A DNA stretch of 64,000 nucleotides from the human T2T-CHM13v2.0 reference genome, Homo sapiens: assembly GCF_009914755.1 (NCBI RefSeq), contig NC_060929.1. One strand, written 5' to 3'. A program made the translations under genes and the position numbers. Below the pieces are notes generated by a model. The model saw nothing but the letters and a program-made list of their open reading frames with translations, was not told where the DNA came from and ran no database searches. Shown here piece after piece: positions 1-12,962 of this stretch. Position 1 is the first letter of the stretch; the number at the start of each line of letters is the position of its first letter.

Positions 1-61
1 GGTAACACCAGTTTCAAGGGTTTTGTTCTTTTAAAAAGCCTCACATTTCTGACAGGATACC

Positions 62-80
62 GAGCACCATCTAGTGGTGA
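62..80 (-). promoter_or_regulatory. CTCF-binding motif candidate
   Basis: Minus strand reads TCACCACTAGATGGTGCTC, closely matching the CTCF core CCASYAGRKGGCRS (one mismatch), in non-repeat sequence. Confidence 0.6.
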
Positions 81-1344
81 TATTTCAAATTCAAACAATC
101 CACACTTTCAGGCTCAATTTCAAACAAAACTAAAATGTGGTACTTTTGTTTGTTGGTTTTTGTTGTTGTTTTAGTAAGATGCAACCCACCAGTTCTGAAA
201 TACACACATAGAGACTCAGTGACAGAGACAGAAATTGTTTTGTGTGCATGTGCAAAATGAAGACTTGGAAGATTTGTGATTATAATTTACTGAAGGGTCT
301 TTTAGAAAATACTATTTATCACAAAAGACCAATCATATGAGATTTGCTTAAAACTTGAATAATATGTGCATAATATCTAAAATTACAAGTTTATTATGTC
401 AAATATATAAAAGTATAAGTGTATGACACACTCAGAGCTCTATTCAAATAAAGTACCCATTTTGATTAATTTGCATTGATTATATTACAGAGCTAAACAG
501 GGAGGGAGGGAGAGAAAGAAGAAAGACAGAGAAAGACCCCTTATTTTGGAGAAATTTGGTGCATTTGCAAGGGAGATGGAGGTTCAATTTTATAAATACT
601 TTTCTCTTAATACCAACCATACTAAGCCTGCTTTGGGTATTAGCTACCCAAACATAGGTATAAATGAAAAACTATACTCAAAGTAAAACTTATTGTATTC
701 CAAAGATATACTCACAACAAAAACTTAACCAAGATTATTCATTTTACACATTTCATTCAAGCATAATAATACCTTGTTTTTGAAGCTTATATAAGTTATG
801 TATATTCCAATATTGTAAAACTCCCTTAAATCTCTTAAATCTTAAAACTCTCTAAAGCTTTGGGGTGAAGATTTTCAGATTTTATATTAAATTTTAATAT
901 TTTGATAATTTTTTTATATCACGTATGTAGGAGCCAGGTGGAGAAAGACTAAGAGCTGGAAGAAAAGAGGTATGCAAAGATGATTTATATAAACATCAAG
1001 ATTTCAAATAAAGTAATAAGCTTTTGTCAATTTTCCAGGATATTTTCTCTCCTTGTAATGTTCATTTCACCATCCTTGTCCAAGAGAAGTCTTTTTCATC
1101 CCACAAGACTTAGAGTCACTTGCAAAAAAAAAAAAAAAAACTTCCAGCCGTCCATAATTTTTTCCATGTTCCCATTAGTGATTATGAATGCCTTTGTTTC
1201 TCAAGGATCCCCAATCCTATCTTCTGAGAAACTTTGGAAATTACTAGAGATTTGTATTGAGTTGGTCAGGATTAAGCCTAGATATTGGTATTTTTAAAAT
1301 TTCTCCAGAGACCCCAAAGCTTGGACAAAATTGTAAATACCTGC

Positions 1345-1510
1345 TTTATATTACCCCTTTCACGTTACATTGCAATCATGAGTTTATGTGTTTGTCTGTG
1401 TCCACTTAATTGTAAACCTTTTCAGGGAAGAAGAATTATCTTATTTGGCATTTTTACCTTTAGCCCTTAAAGATTGTTGGTATATATTAGATACTCAGTA
1501 AATATGAATA
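1345..1510 (+). mobile_element. L2 3' end fragment
   Basis: Degenerate L2 tail pattern (ttgtaaac..cagggaagaa..tatcttattt..tagatactcagtaaatatgaat). Confidence 0.5.
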
Positions 1511-1612
1511 GTATTAATATAATGTAACAATCCTGAGAGGACCTTAGGTTAATATAGGAGATAAATATTTTGGAATCCTGAACCCTGGGATTGAGACAGT
1601 CTAGTATAGGGT

Positions 1613-1979
1613 TGATGTGGTTTGGCTCTGTGTCCCCACCCAAATCTCATCCTGTAGCTCCGATAATTCCCACATGTTGTCGGAGGGACCCTGTGAGAGA
1701 TAATTGAATCATGGGAGTTTGTCTTTCCTGTGCTGTTCTTGTGATCGTGAATAAGTCTCAGGACATCTGATGGCTTTACAAATAAGACTTTGCCTGTGCA
1801 AGCTCTCTCTTTCCCTGCCGCCACCCACGTAAGATGTGACTTTCTCCTCCTTGCCTTCCGCCATGACTGTGAGGCTTCCCCAGACACGTGGAACTGTGAG
1901 TTCTCCATTAAACCTTTCCTTTGTAAATTGCCCAGTCTCGGGTATGTCTTTATCAGCAGCGTGAAAACAGACTAATATA
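1613..1979 (+). mobile_element. THE1B-type solo LTR (ERVL-MaLR)
   Basis: Starts TGATGTGGTTTGGCTCTGTGTCCCCACCCAAATCTCATC and ends CAGCAGCGTGAAAACAGACTAATATA. Exact 5-bp TSD AGGGT at 1608-1612 and 1980-1984. Confidence 0.95.
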
Positions 1980-2904
1980 AGGGTGCTGTTAGAAAAATGT
2001 GGAAAGAGATATAAGCTCAGGAATCCTGAAAGTGATGCTGGTTAGCTGAGATAAAGGCTGAAAATATTGGTGAAAGCTGAATAAAAAACAAGAATTGGGG
2101 AGTAATTTCTTACACATTTAAACACCATATACAAAGAAGGGAATGACATTAAGATGTTAAGCTGCCACTTTACCCCACCTAGTATTAATTTGTGCTAAGG
2201 GATGCCTGGCACCTGATTAGGTACCTGGTTTCTCAGTTCTTTCATCATAAGGCCTTAAGAGACAGAGAAAAAAAAATAACTAAATGAGAACTATAGGTCC
2301 AACAGCCATCCCCTTCTACCTAGCACCAGCACGTGGGGCACCAAACATAAGGAACAAAGTGTTCAGAATGAGACATTTTTAATAACACTTTATTAAAAGG
2401 GAACATGAACCTGAAATCTGAAACTTCCTCATGTTACTAAGATGCTTGGTCACTTGATATTTACATGGGCATAACTAAATTATCCTACTGCTGAGGCTCA
2501 GTGCAATCAGGTTAACAATATTTTTATATTTCTTTTTAAAGTGAGAATTTTCCTGAACTATATTAAATCTGTTTCTATCTTATCAAATCTTCTTTTATCA
2601 AAAAAGATATTAATACTAACTCTTTTTAATACTTCATAGTGTCAACTTGTGGTTACCCAACTTGTTTACCCTCCTAATATATTTTCAGCTTCTTTAGAAC
2701 AAGGTCTGTGTTTTATATTTATTTGATAAAATATGACCACATCCACCACTAACCTCCACACCCTTAAAGTAACTAACATTAAGAACTGTGTTCAAAACAT
2801 TTGTAGAATGATTAACAGGCATACGTCATTGACTGTTCAGTGACTTTCTCCTGAAATCACTAATTCAAAAATATAATCAAAATAGTTATTTATACTAATA
2901 TACA

Positions 2905-3130
2905 GAGTGATAGTGCTGAAAAGGCATTGGCTTCAAGATACGGAATCGTGGAAAATTAGCCCCAACTTGAAAAGATTTGGAAGAAAGTAGTATCTTCAAG
3001 CAAATGACTTTAAAATTATGGCCATTCTATCCTTTCATTTACTAAAGAAATAGAATTGAGAGCATGGGAATAAAGATCAAGTGAAGAGAAAGAAGTAAAA
3101 GCCTTTTGTAAAACTTATAAAATGCTACGA
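2905..3130 (+). mobile_element. MIR fragment (highly decayed)
   Basis: MIR-like spacing of tagtgctgaaaaggcattggcttc..caagcaaatgacttt..ttcatttactaaa..ttttgtaaaact. Confidence 0.4.
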
Positions 3131-3344
3131 AATTTCCACTGAAATTTGAAAGACCATTGAAGATGAAGATGTTTCTTGAGACTTTTATTGATTTATTGAA
3201 CCTGGTTTTTCAGAGCATTAGAATGATATATTAACATTCTATGTAACCATTTTAGAAAAAAACTAACATAGATAAAAACAGCTCCCATGATTAGCCAGTC
3301 ATCCATAGGAATGTTCATAATAATTTTACATTTAGTAATAGTGT

Positions 3345-3482
3345 TACAATAATAATGCCAACATTACCTGAGCTCTTAATATTTACCATGTTGTGCTAAG
3401 TTCTACGCGGTCATCGTACAATACTAATAAAATTTCTGAAAGTGTAGGTACATTTTGTTAGCCTTTTTATAGATGAGGAATT
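3345..3482 (-). mobile_element. MIR fragment
   Basis: aataataatgccaacatt..ctgagctctta..tgtgctaag..gtaggtac..ttttatagatgaggaa, the reverse-strand MIR core. Confidence 0.55.
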
Positions 3483-4380
3483 TCATTCTTCCCATAGTAA
3501 ATAATTATTGAGAGGCTGCTATGTATCAGAACTTTTCAAGGGCTAAAGATTTTGCAGTAGTTAAGTTGCACTTATTTCTTCCATGGAGCTTATTTTTCAG
3601 TAGGGGAAGGCTGAAGATATAAACATGCAAGCCAAGAAAAAAATAATAGAAACAAGTACTATATAACCAAACTGTGTAATTAATAATTAGTAACCGATTG
3701 ATCAGAGAGGAAGACCTCTTTGAGAAAGTGGCTTTTAAACTAAGATGTGACTGTCTAGAAAATATAAAACCTGTAAAGATGAGGCGAAAGAGCATTCTGG
3801 GGGAGAAAAGGGTGTGAGAAGGCTGTGAAAAAGGACTGAGTGTGGCATCTTTGAAGAAGAGGAGAAAGACCAGCATGGCTACACGGGATAAAGGGGAAAG
3901 AGAAAGAAGAAGAGGACAGAGAAGTAGACAGAGACTGATCAATCAGGGATTTGTAATAACCTTCAAAGGGCTGAACTTTATTCTAATTGCAAAGGTTGAA
4001 AGGGGTAGTATTGAGTGGACATAATATATGATTAATTTTTTTTAATTTACATTATACAGAAGCAAGGGTGCAAATATAGAGAGCAATTTAAACACTATTG
4101 CAGTAGACTAAGAGAAGTGTGATTAAGTTTAGGACCAGAACGGTAGAGATGGAGATGAGCAGGTGTAGTCAGATTAAAGTTATGCTTTGGATTCAGAATC
4201 ATTAAGACTGCGGATGGATGAGATACGAACTGAGAGGCAAAGAAGAGTAAGTAAAGATAGTGCTGGAAACGCTGGCCTGAGAAACTGAGGAGAAAGGTTT
4301 GCTACTGATCTGTAAGGATCAGAAAGAGGGTGGGCTTAGGGATTGGAAGTGCACTCTAGAGCTGTGACTTGAACGCCTAT
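3482..4380 (-). mobile_element. L2 3' region
   Basis: Begins ttcattc..ttattgagaggctgctatgtatcag (reverse L2 tail), then typical purine-rich L2 antisense blocks (agagcattctggggg, ctattgcagtagactaagaga, ggattggaag). Confidence 0.7.
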
Positions 4381-4886
4381 CTTCTTATGCCAGGGTTCCA
4401 ACTACCAGAAAAAGGGTCACTGAAGAGATGATATTTTGTTCAATTTTTACATAACTTTTTTATTCATATTGTTTATGCCTTTTTTCTTCTTCTGTCTGCA
4501 TCCAGCTAGTCATTAAAATTATTCAAAGTACACAAAATATTTTTTCTGAATTCTAATGTCATTAACAAGTCTACACACATTTTACCTACACGCACACACA
4601 AAAATAATAATAATGATAATTCAGAATTCTCAAGGGCTAAAACAAGAAGCATATTCAAATGCTTCCATAGCTGGAAACTTTTATGAAGGGTAGCATTTTT
4701 GTAAAAATACAACAAAACCAAAAGAACAGAAGGATCATCTTATGTCCTCAGCAACATGCCTGATGCATAGCAAAGACACAATAACATTTTTTGAATTGTA
4801 AACACAATAGTTACTTGTGTTAGAAGGGTTTAATCATCATCATAATCATCAAAACTAATATTTAATGAAAATTTAACATTATACTC

Positions 4887-5054
4887 CACTGCTTTTCAAA
4901 ATACATAGCAGAGCCCTTGGGTTCTGTGTGCATACTCAGAAGCTGAACCAGGGAAGAGGAGAGCTAGGTGGGCTGCCACACGTGCCCAACTGTGTAAAAA
5001 ATACTGAATTTCTACAAAGGGTTCATATGCACAATCAGCACTTGGAAAGTACTG
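4887..5054 (+). mobile_element. hAT-Charlie MITE relic (MER103C-like)
   Basis: cactgcttttcaaa..gcagagcccttgggttctgtg..cttggaaagtactg followed by ttctaagc, resembling a hAT target site. Very diverged. Confidence 0.35.
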
Positions 5055-5490
5055 TTCTAAGCTAAGATGGTAAGTTTATTTTTGTTTATTAATCCAGGTT
5101 TGTTACTTGATTATCCTTATATTTTCATAGGTTAAGTTGAGGAGAAAACACTTAAACTGTTACTTAGCAAATGTAATTATTTATTGGACTCTACAACTTT
5201 TAATATTCCTGTATATTTTAGTGGTATTAGCAGTTTACCCTTAAAAATCAACGACAGTAAAAGAAAATGTGTACGGGTGTATGAGAAAAGGGGAAACCAG
5301 AAATAGGATAGGAGTGCCTTTCCTCTCTTCTTGAGCACATTTAGGGTTTGAGTAATTTTCCACCAAAGAATGATATACCATGGAGCTGCTGAAATTCCAT
5401 TCCATCTTGGCACTACAGTATGTCAGGGACTGAAGGCTTTTGGAGAGTGACTTCTCACTCCAGCCTATGGCAACGTGTATAGACACTCAC

Positions 5491-5554
5491 CCTTTCTCAT
5501 CCCCAGTAGGAACAAACATATTCTTCTCCCTCTCTTGGCAGTACGAATTTGTAT
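5491..5554 (-). other. Candidate 64-nt internal exon (minus strand)
   Basis: Minus strand acceptor gtttactctttttccag|ATACAA and donor GAAAGG|gtgagt, in non-repeat sequence. No recognised protein. Confidence 0.4.
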
Positions 5555-7092
5555 CTGGAAAAAGAGTAAACGAGCTGTTCTTTTACATATGGATGTGTTT
5601 CCTTTATTGTTTTTAATGTATGTGAAAGGTATTTGTGGAAGATATGTGAATATGTCGAAAGCACATTATGCCTGCGCTAATGCTTTAAAAGTGAGATAAC
5701 TATTTAGAGCTTATTTTCTGAGTGTAACAATATGAATTATATCTAACTATCACAAATAATATTTTGCTATTACCCATGTAATCAGGAAATGCTGTTACAC
5801 AGTTTCTTAAATGATAAGGTCATTGAATGTTACTGTTTTTATCACCTATCCTATCAAATGGAAAAATTCCACTTGACAAAATTAGATTCTTAGATAGATA
5901 TATAATTGGAAAATAGTTGTACCAAAAGCCATATTCAAAGATATGACCCAGTTATGTCCAAGTAAATGGTCTTATTATTGCATTATAATTTAATACTTCT
6001 TATACTGAAATTGCTGATTTAACTTTGAATGTAAATTTTGAAGAGTGATGTAGAAATGTTTACGAAAATTAAAAATCAAACTATAGCACTTATTTCCCAT
6101 GAAAAGTTATATTAATTTTATCGTGTTGTGGTAAAATGATGTATTTATTCCATAAAAGAAAATGTCCAATTGCACAAAATATATGAGTAACTGTTAGATA
6201 AAATACAGTGTGTATTTCATTCTACCATGGTGACACCACTATATATTTTCATCATTCTAAGACTTTCAGAAAGGATTCTTAACTATCGCATTCTTACTCT
6301 GTCTACATAAAATTCTATGTGATCCAATTGAATATGTTGAGTACTTAATATGTGTTGGAAATAAAAGCAAATGCATGAATAAGAAAGAAAGTCTGGATAA
6401 TTAAAGAGTTTGTTAATTATACTATGTTCCCAAAGTTCAATTAAAGTATTGGGCCAGAATTCATTAGATAGCATGCCTTGTTGAATACGAGTTGTGTTGG
6501 CTGACTCTCACATAAATGAGTTCATAGAGATACCATCGCTGTCAAAGTAGGATTTAGGAATCCCAATATTGGTGATATTAATGAGAATTCTTATATCTCT
6601 GTGGAAAGCATGACAATCTGATCACGCTAAAAGAAATTCTTATTAAACTTAAAAATTTGGTGAAGGCATACAAATCCCTTTTTTATAATTGCTAAATAAA
6701 AAATTTGAAAATCCCTGCTGTTCTGTGTAAATAAGCAGAAAACTCAGGAGACCATGCCATACTCTTTCCGGAGATTTCTTAACTCAAATTTACCATCGTT
6801 AGAATGGTTAACATTATATATTCAGATATAACTGAATCTACTTACTACCACTAGAGAACAATGATAATTTAATAAGCACAGTGAAGTATGTAAGCTTGTT
6901 ATTAATAAAATTTCCCAGCCTCTGTTACTAATACTGTGAAAAAAATCATTAAAATTTTAGGACATGTATTAAGAATTTAAAAGAATTTAATATATTATTT
7001 GTTCTATCTTTTAAATGACCCATATTTGGAATATTGGTATTTATTTCAGCTTCTTTTATCTATAACAACTTATACAAAAAGCATTCTAATTT

Positions 7093-7358
7093 ATTTTAGA
7101 GACCAGGCTGTCACTTAGGCTAGAGTGCAGCGTATGATTATGGCTCACTGCAGCCTCAATCTCCCAGGCTCAGGTGATCCTCCCACCTCAGCTTCCCTGA
7201 GTAAGCTGGGCCTGTAGACACACACCACCATAACCTGGCTCATTTTTTTTTTCTCATTATGTTGCCCAGACTGGTCTCAAACTCCTAAGCTCAAGCAAGC
7301 CTCCTGCCTCAGCCTCCCAAAGTGCTGAGAATACAGGCATGAGCCACCATACCTGGCC
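7093..7358 (-). mobile_element. AluJ
   Basis: Antisense dimeric Alu with J-type features (gctcaagc, cccaggctcaggtgatcc). TSD AAAAAGCATT(C)(T/C)AATTT at 7076-7092 and 7364-7380. Confidence 0.93.
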
Positions 7359-7479
7359 AAAAAAAAAAGCATTCCAATTTAGAATAGAAAAAACAATAAC
7401 CACACATAATTATACTCTCTTTACCCAGTTTTAGGTAATGCATGACCAGCTTTCTGATTATAGACAAACCTCAGTATCA

Positions 7480-8245
7480 TCTTTGAATTCTCCCTTATCA
7501 ACTATCAATTTGTCTGCTCAGATACGTCACTCTCTCTTGTTGTGCCTCTGACACACTCTTTGTTTCTTCCGGGTTTCCTTCACTGATTTCTTCATCTCCA
7601 TCTCTAAATACACATGTCCTGGGAATTATTCTTGGATACTTCTGTGTCTACATGTACTATGAAGATGATCATATATGGTTCTTTGGCTTTAAATATTAAT
7701 TATTTCTGATGATGTCAAATTTATTTCTCTGACTTTCTCTTAACTCCATTTCCATGTACACATCAGCCTGCTTGATATCTCCATCTACATGACCAATAGA
7801 TATCTCAAACAATTCACCCCATACTCGCCTGTCTTACAAATCTTTGTCTTACTTTCCTTCTTACCTCAGTAAATGATACCACCAATTTTCTAGATATTCA
7901 GAACAAGAAATTTGGAGTCACTTTGTTATTTTGTTTTTTTTCACATTTACATCTAATTTAACAGCACATCATATTATAAAAACATATCCAGAATCCAACT
8001 ACTCTCCAGTACTTCCGCTGCAACCACCCTAGTCCAAGACACAATTACCTTTACTTGGAATATTTTAAAAGATTTGATAATGCTCTCCCTATTTCCACTC
8101 TTGCTCTTCCACAGCCCACTTTCCACAAAGAAATCTGAATAATTCCTCCTCATAAAATATTTCAGAGTGTCATTCTGCTCCAAACCTGCTAATGGCTTCC
8201 CACTTTACCCAGGGTAAATCCTAAGTCTTATATGTCTTATCAGAC
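7480..8245 (+). mobile_element. L2 fragment
   Basis: L2 sense motifs: ctcagtaaatgataccacc, atatccagaatccaactact, accaccctagtccaag, ctccaaacctgctaatggcttcccac. Confidence 0.75.
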
Positions 8246-9114
8246 AGTTTTGTTTTAGAATTATATACATTTTCTCAGCATATTATTTTTTCATCTTTTT
8301 TGGATCGTAAGCTCATTGACATGATAGGAAGGCTTTAACTTCTATTTTATAATTGAATGGAAACTGCATTCAATGAGCGGCACTTCTTCATCTTTGCCTC
8401 CTTCATCTTCCTGAAGTGAGAGACATGATTAATTTTTTTTTTGCTGTCATACCCATTTTTTGAGGGTGTAGATAATACGAATTTGTCCAGCACTGTCTTT
8501 TAAGCCCTAGGCTATTCAGTATCAATATATAGCCACAATTTCAATTACTCTGACAGAAAATATAGCTCCATCCCAAGGAAAATACCATAATGGAAATTTC
8601 ACAGGATACAATTTCTTTGAGGCTGAGAAAGCTACAACATTTCAAGTATGGATAAATCTTCTCTTGGCAGACACAAGAACTATCTCAAGGTCAATGTTAA
8701 GCAAAGGTTCTACACAGCTATAAGTTTTGATATAATTAGCTATAACTACTTAAGCTACATTTATTATAATCAAAATTATTTTTCAAGGCAAGGCATGAAA
8801 AAAAGATCAAATTAAATTCTCCTCATGAGAATATTTTGTATGCATACTAATTCTTTCCACTTATTTTATACCTATGTTTTTTAGTACTATTTCCCTTAGT
8901 GTGTGATCTACATGTGAAAAATTAGTTCAAAAATAATTGAATACACAATACTCTTTGAAATGGATTATTGTTAAATTTTGAATAGATAATATACAAATAT
9001 AATTATCTAGCAAACCATGCTTTTATCAAAGATTAAAGCAAAGTACTAGATTCTTTTTTGTATTTTTAACTAAATGAGCTATTTGAGAGACTATTTGTGA
9101 TAGTTTATGATCTC

Positions 9115-9140
9115 GTGTGTGTGTGTGTGTGTGTGTGTGT
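9115..9140. repeat. (GT)13 microsatellite
   Basis: Direct read. Confidence 0.95.
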
Positions 9141-9436
9141 TTATGTCCTCAGTTCATAGGGACACTAGAAAAATTTTAATTTTAATTAAATTAAATTTAA
9201 TTTTAATTTTAGCAGTTGTAAAATCAATTAATTCTATTAAGATAATGTACACGTAAAGAAATATGAAGGGACAGCAGAGAGTTTTATGTATTAGAGTGAA
9301 ATTTTCAAATGCAAAATAATAAGATGCCGTACTTGAAATGGCTTACGGAGAAGAAAATTTTAGTTTTTATTATAAGTTAAAAGTTCAGTTATAACTAAGA
9401 TTTTTTACTCTTTTTTTTGGTCACAAACCAACTTAC

Positions 9437-9484
9437 CTCACAGGAAAACATGTTTGCTATTTAACTCTAAGCCTATATCGTATT
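9437..9484 (-). other. Candidate 48-nt internal exon (minus strand, non-coding)
   Basis: Minus strand acceptor ctctcttctctttttttttctgtggttgctgacag|AATACG and donor GTGAG|gtaagt. Stop codons in all three frames. Confidence 0.4.
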
Positions 9485-9822
9485 CTGTCAGCAACCACAG
9501 AAAAAAAAAGAGAAGAGAGACCTTCTCCTTCCAAAAGGTGTCTATAAAATCAGGACTTATGGGAAGCTGGCCAGAAGTAGGTCAGGAGCCCTTCCTGAAA
9601 AAATCACTCTGCCTAGGTGATGACAAAATAAGTTGAAAAATAATTGAATAATTGATTGACTCAGGTCTGACTACATTCAGACTCTGCCATGAACACTAGA
9701 CACAGAGTGAGAAGAATGATTCCCTCACAAAGAAATCAAGACTTCCTTGTGTGACAAAGGAGACATAGCAATCAAGTAGGCAGAAGCAACATATGTTAAT
9801 TCCATCAAAAACTGCCACATTC

Positions 9823-10135
<313 letters not shown>

Positions 10136-10595
10136 TCAATTCATATACAATTAGAGAAAAGGTGAATTTATAGGATAACTGCACAAGCAAGTGCAGGGTA
10201 AGACTGATTAAAGTAGTTTACACTTTTCCATTTTTATCAGGGCTACAAATGGCAACTTTGACTCCCTGAAGCATTCTTCCTGTTCTGCTTGGAAAGCGGG
10301 TCTAATTTTTTTCCAAGCACCCGCAGCTATTTATTATAGTAATAGAGGCCAATTTTTGAGGCAGAGTTAAAGGAAGAAAGAGAAAGAGATGTCCTTATGC
10401 TCTTGTTTTCTTCGTCACGCATCATGTATGCTTATTTGGGGATGCTAAAACAGAATGAAAGCATTAACTAATCCATAGAAAATCTGCCATCCTATTTTAG
10501 AAGTTATTATCAATATTCCTATAAGTTGTGATGTCTTAAAATTATTTGCTCATTATGAGATAGAGTTGGGCCTTTTTATATAAAGTTTGAAAGTA

Positions 10596-12397
10596 CAGTT
10601 GACCCTTAAACAACACAGTAGTTAGGAGAACTAATTTGCCCACACAGCCAAAAATCTGTATTTAACTTTTGACTCCACCAAAATTTAACTACTAATAGTC
10701 TATTGTTGGTTAGAAGCCTTACTGGTAACATAAACGTCAATCAACACGTATTTGGTATGTTATATGTATTATGCACTGTATTCTTTAAATAAAATAAGCA
10801 AGATAAAAGAAAATGTTTTATTATTTTATTTTATTTTTTTGAGACGGAGTCTCACCATAAGGAGGAAAGAATATTATTTACTATATATTCAGTGGCAATG
10901 GATCAATATAAAGGTCATCCTGTTGTTTTCACGTTGAGTAGTCTGAGGAGGAAGACGAAGAGGAGGGGTTGGTCTTGGTGTCTCAGGGTGGCAGACACAG
11001 AAAAGGCAGAGGAGGTGGAAGGGGAGGCAGGAGATCCAGGCACACTCAGCTTAACTTACAAAAATACACTGTAATCTCTGACTGTTTCGCTTTTGCATTT
11101 CTCTATAAATGTTCTAAATAGTACCAATCCTTCCACTTTTTGCTTTAGTTTTGGTGCCTATATCTTAGAAGGCTCAGTGTCATAAAATAAGTCAAAAGCA
11201 ATTCTTGTGTAATCAAAATCTTTCTCCAGATTTTCCAATGTCAATTTGTTTTCTGGTATTGCATCTTCCATGTCTTTCCCTCACTGTCTGGCAGTGGTTT
11301 GGAAGCACTAATCTCCATCGGTTAATTCCTCTGGTGTCATGTCTATGAGCTCTTGAATTTCTCCAGGATCTGTATCTTGAAATCCTTTATGCCCCACCCT
11401 TTTTTTCATATCCATAATCTCTTTCATGATTTCCTTGATTAGCTTTGTTATAAATCCTGTGAAACTATGCACAAAACATATGGATATAGTTTTCTACAAC
11501 AGGAATTTACTCAATTTAGTGTTTTAAGCTTTATGCTTTCATAGCCTTTTCCTACAACAATGATGGCATCTTCAATGATGTAATCCTTTCAGACTTTCAT
11601 TATGTTGTTCTCTCTACTGGGATCTCTTCTATAGTGTTGACAATTCTTTCTATAGAATATCACATGTAATGAGCCTTAAAGGTCCTTATGACTCTCTGAT
11701 GTAGAGGTTGAATTAGACAGACTGTTTGAGGGCAAGGAGACCACTTTGACATCTTCAGTGCTGAACTCAGGGGGTTCGGGGTTGCCAGAGGCATTGTTCA
11801 ATATCAAAGGAGCATTAAAAAGCAGTCCTTTTTACCTGCAAGTTAATTCCTGACTTCAACGACAAAGCATCAATGGAACCAACCCACAAAAAGAGTTCTC
11901 TTGTGTGGGATTTCTTGTTATGCAATAAAAACACTGGTAGCTGGTGTTTATATTTTCCCTTCAAGGATCAAGGGTTAGCAGCTTTATACACAAGGGCAAT
12001 CCTGATCATAAAACTGACTACATTTGCACAAAACAGTAGAGTTAGCCTATCTCCTCCTGCCTTAAATCCTGTTTCTTGTTTCTCTTCCTTACTAAATGTT
12101 CTCTGTGGCTTTTTTTTTTCTTTCTAGATAAGACACTTTTACCTGCATTAAAAACTTGTTTAGGAAGCTATAATTTCTCCTCAATGATTGTCTTAATAAT
12201 GCCTGGGAACTTGTGTGCTATCTCTGGATAAGCAGAAACAACTTCTTCTTCTATCTTGACATTTTTCTAAAATTATCAAACCATCCTTTACTGGCATTAA
12301 ATTCTCCAGCTTTAGAGCTTTCACCTTCCTTTTGCTTTAAGTTTTTATTTAATAACTTTGCTTTTATTCAAATCATGTTGAAGTCTATAGGTATGTG
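10596..12397 (-). mobile_element. Tigger2 DNA transposon, 3' part with decayed pogo-family transposase
   Basis: TA followed by TIR CAGTTGACCCTT. Minus-strand remnants of DDE-region motifs: LILNNA for LILDNA near 11790-11808, SLIQPL near 11700-11720, NSC-RKL near 11490. Confidence 0.88.
10817..10855 (-). mobile_element. Alu 3' stub (15 nt of body plus tail) inside Tigger2
   Basis: ttattattttattttattttttt-GAGACGGAGTCTCAC is the reverse of the Alu terminal end. Tigger2 resumes immediately afterwards. Confidence 0.75.
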
Positions 12398-12404
12398 ACT
12401 CTAA

Positions 12405-12962
12405 TCATCTATGTATGAGCAGCTCATCTCTTCAGTAAATTGCGTATCACAGTAAAAAGTGACCTCTCATGGTTGTCATATATTTTTCATTGTTGTTAGT
12501 GTGATACCGTGGACCTTTGATAACACCATAAGACCCATACAAAGTGCCATTAGTGATCATGGAAGTCTCTCAAGAAGCAGAGAAAAGTCATGTCATTACA
12601 AGAAGAAGTTGAATTGCTTGATATGCAGCTGTGTCGTGCAGCTGTAGTTACCTGCCATTTCAGAGAGACAATTCACCTTGTAAACAGGCTAAATGAACTT
12701 ATGGTATCGACAAATACAGTTTTTTTCCTTGTGATTTTCTTCATAAAATTTTTCTCTAGCTTACTTTGTTGTAAGAATACAATATATAATTCATATAACA
12801 CATAAAATACATGTTAATTGACCATTTATGTTATCAGCAAGGCTTCTGATGAACAGTAGGCTATTAGTAGTTAAGTTTTGGGGGAGTCAAAAGTTATACA
12901 CAGATTTTCAATTGCATAGGGGGTTAGCACCCCTAAACCCTGCATTATTCAAAAGTCATCTG
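12405..12962 (+). mobile_element. Tigger2b-type element, 3' part
   Basis: Transposase N-terminal remnant (KKQRKVMSLQEEVELLDM) joined to the Tigger2 3' end ...GGGGGAGTCAAAAGTTATA...TTCAAAAGTCATCTG, followed by TA. Confidence 0.82.

Noticed and set aside
980-1297. 105-aa ORF
   Set aside because: It runs through a poly(A) tract, shows no homology I can recognise, and has no exon structure.
1873-1890. PRDM9-A recombination hotspot motif in THE1B
   Set aside because: The site reads CTTCCCCAGACAC (CTTCCCCAGCCAA in the second LTR), not CCTCCCTNNCCAC.
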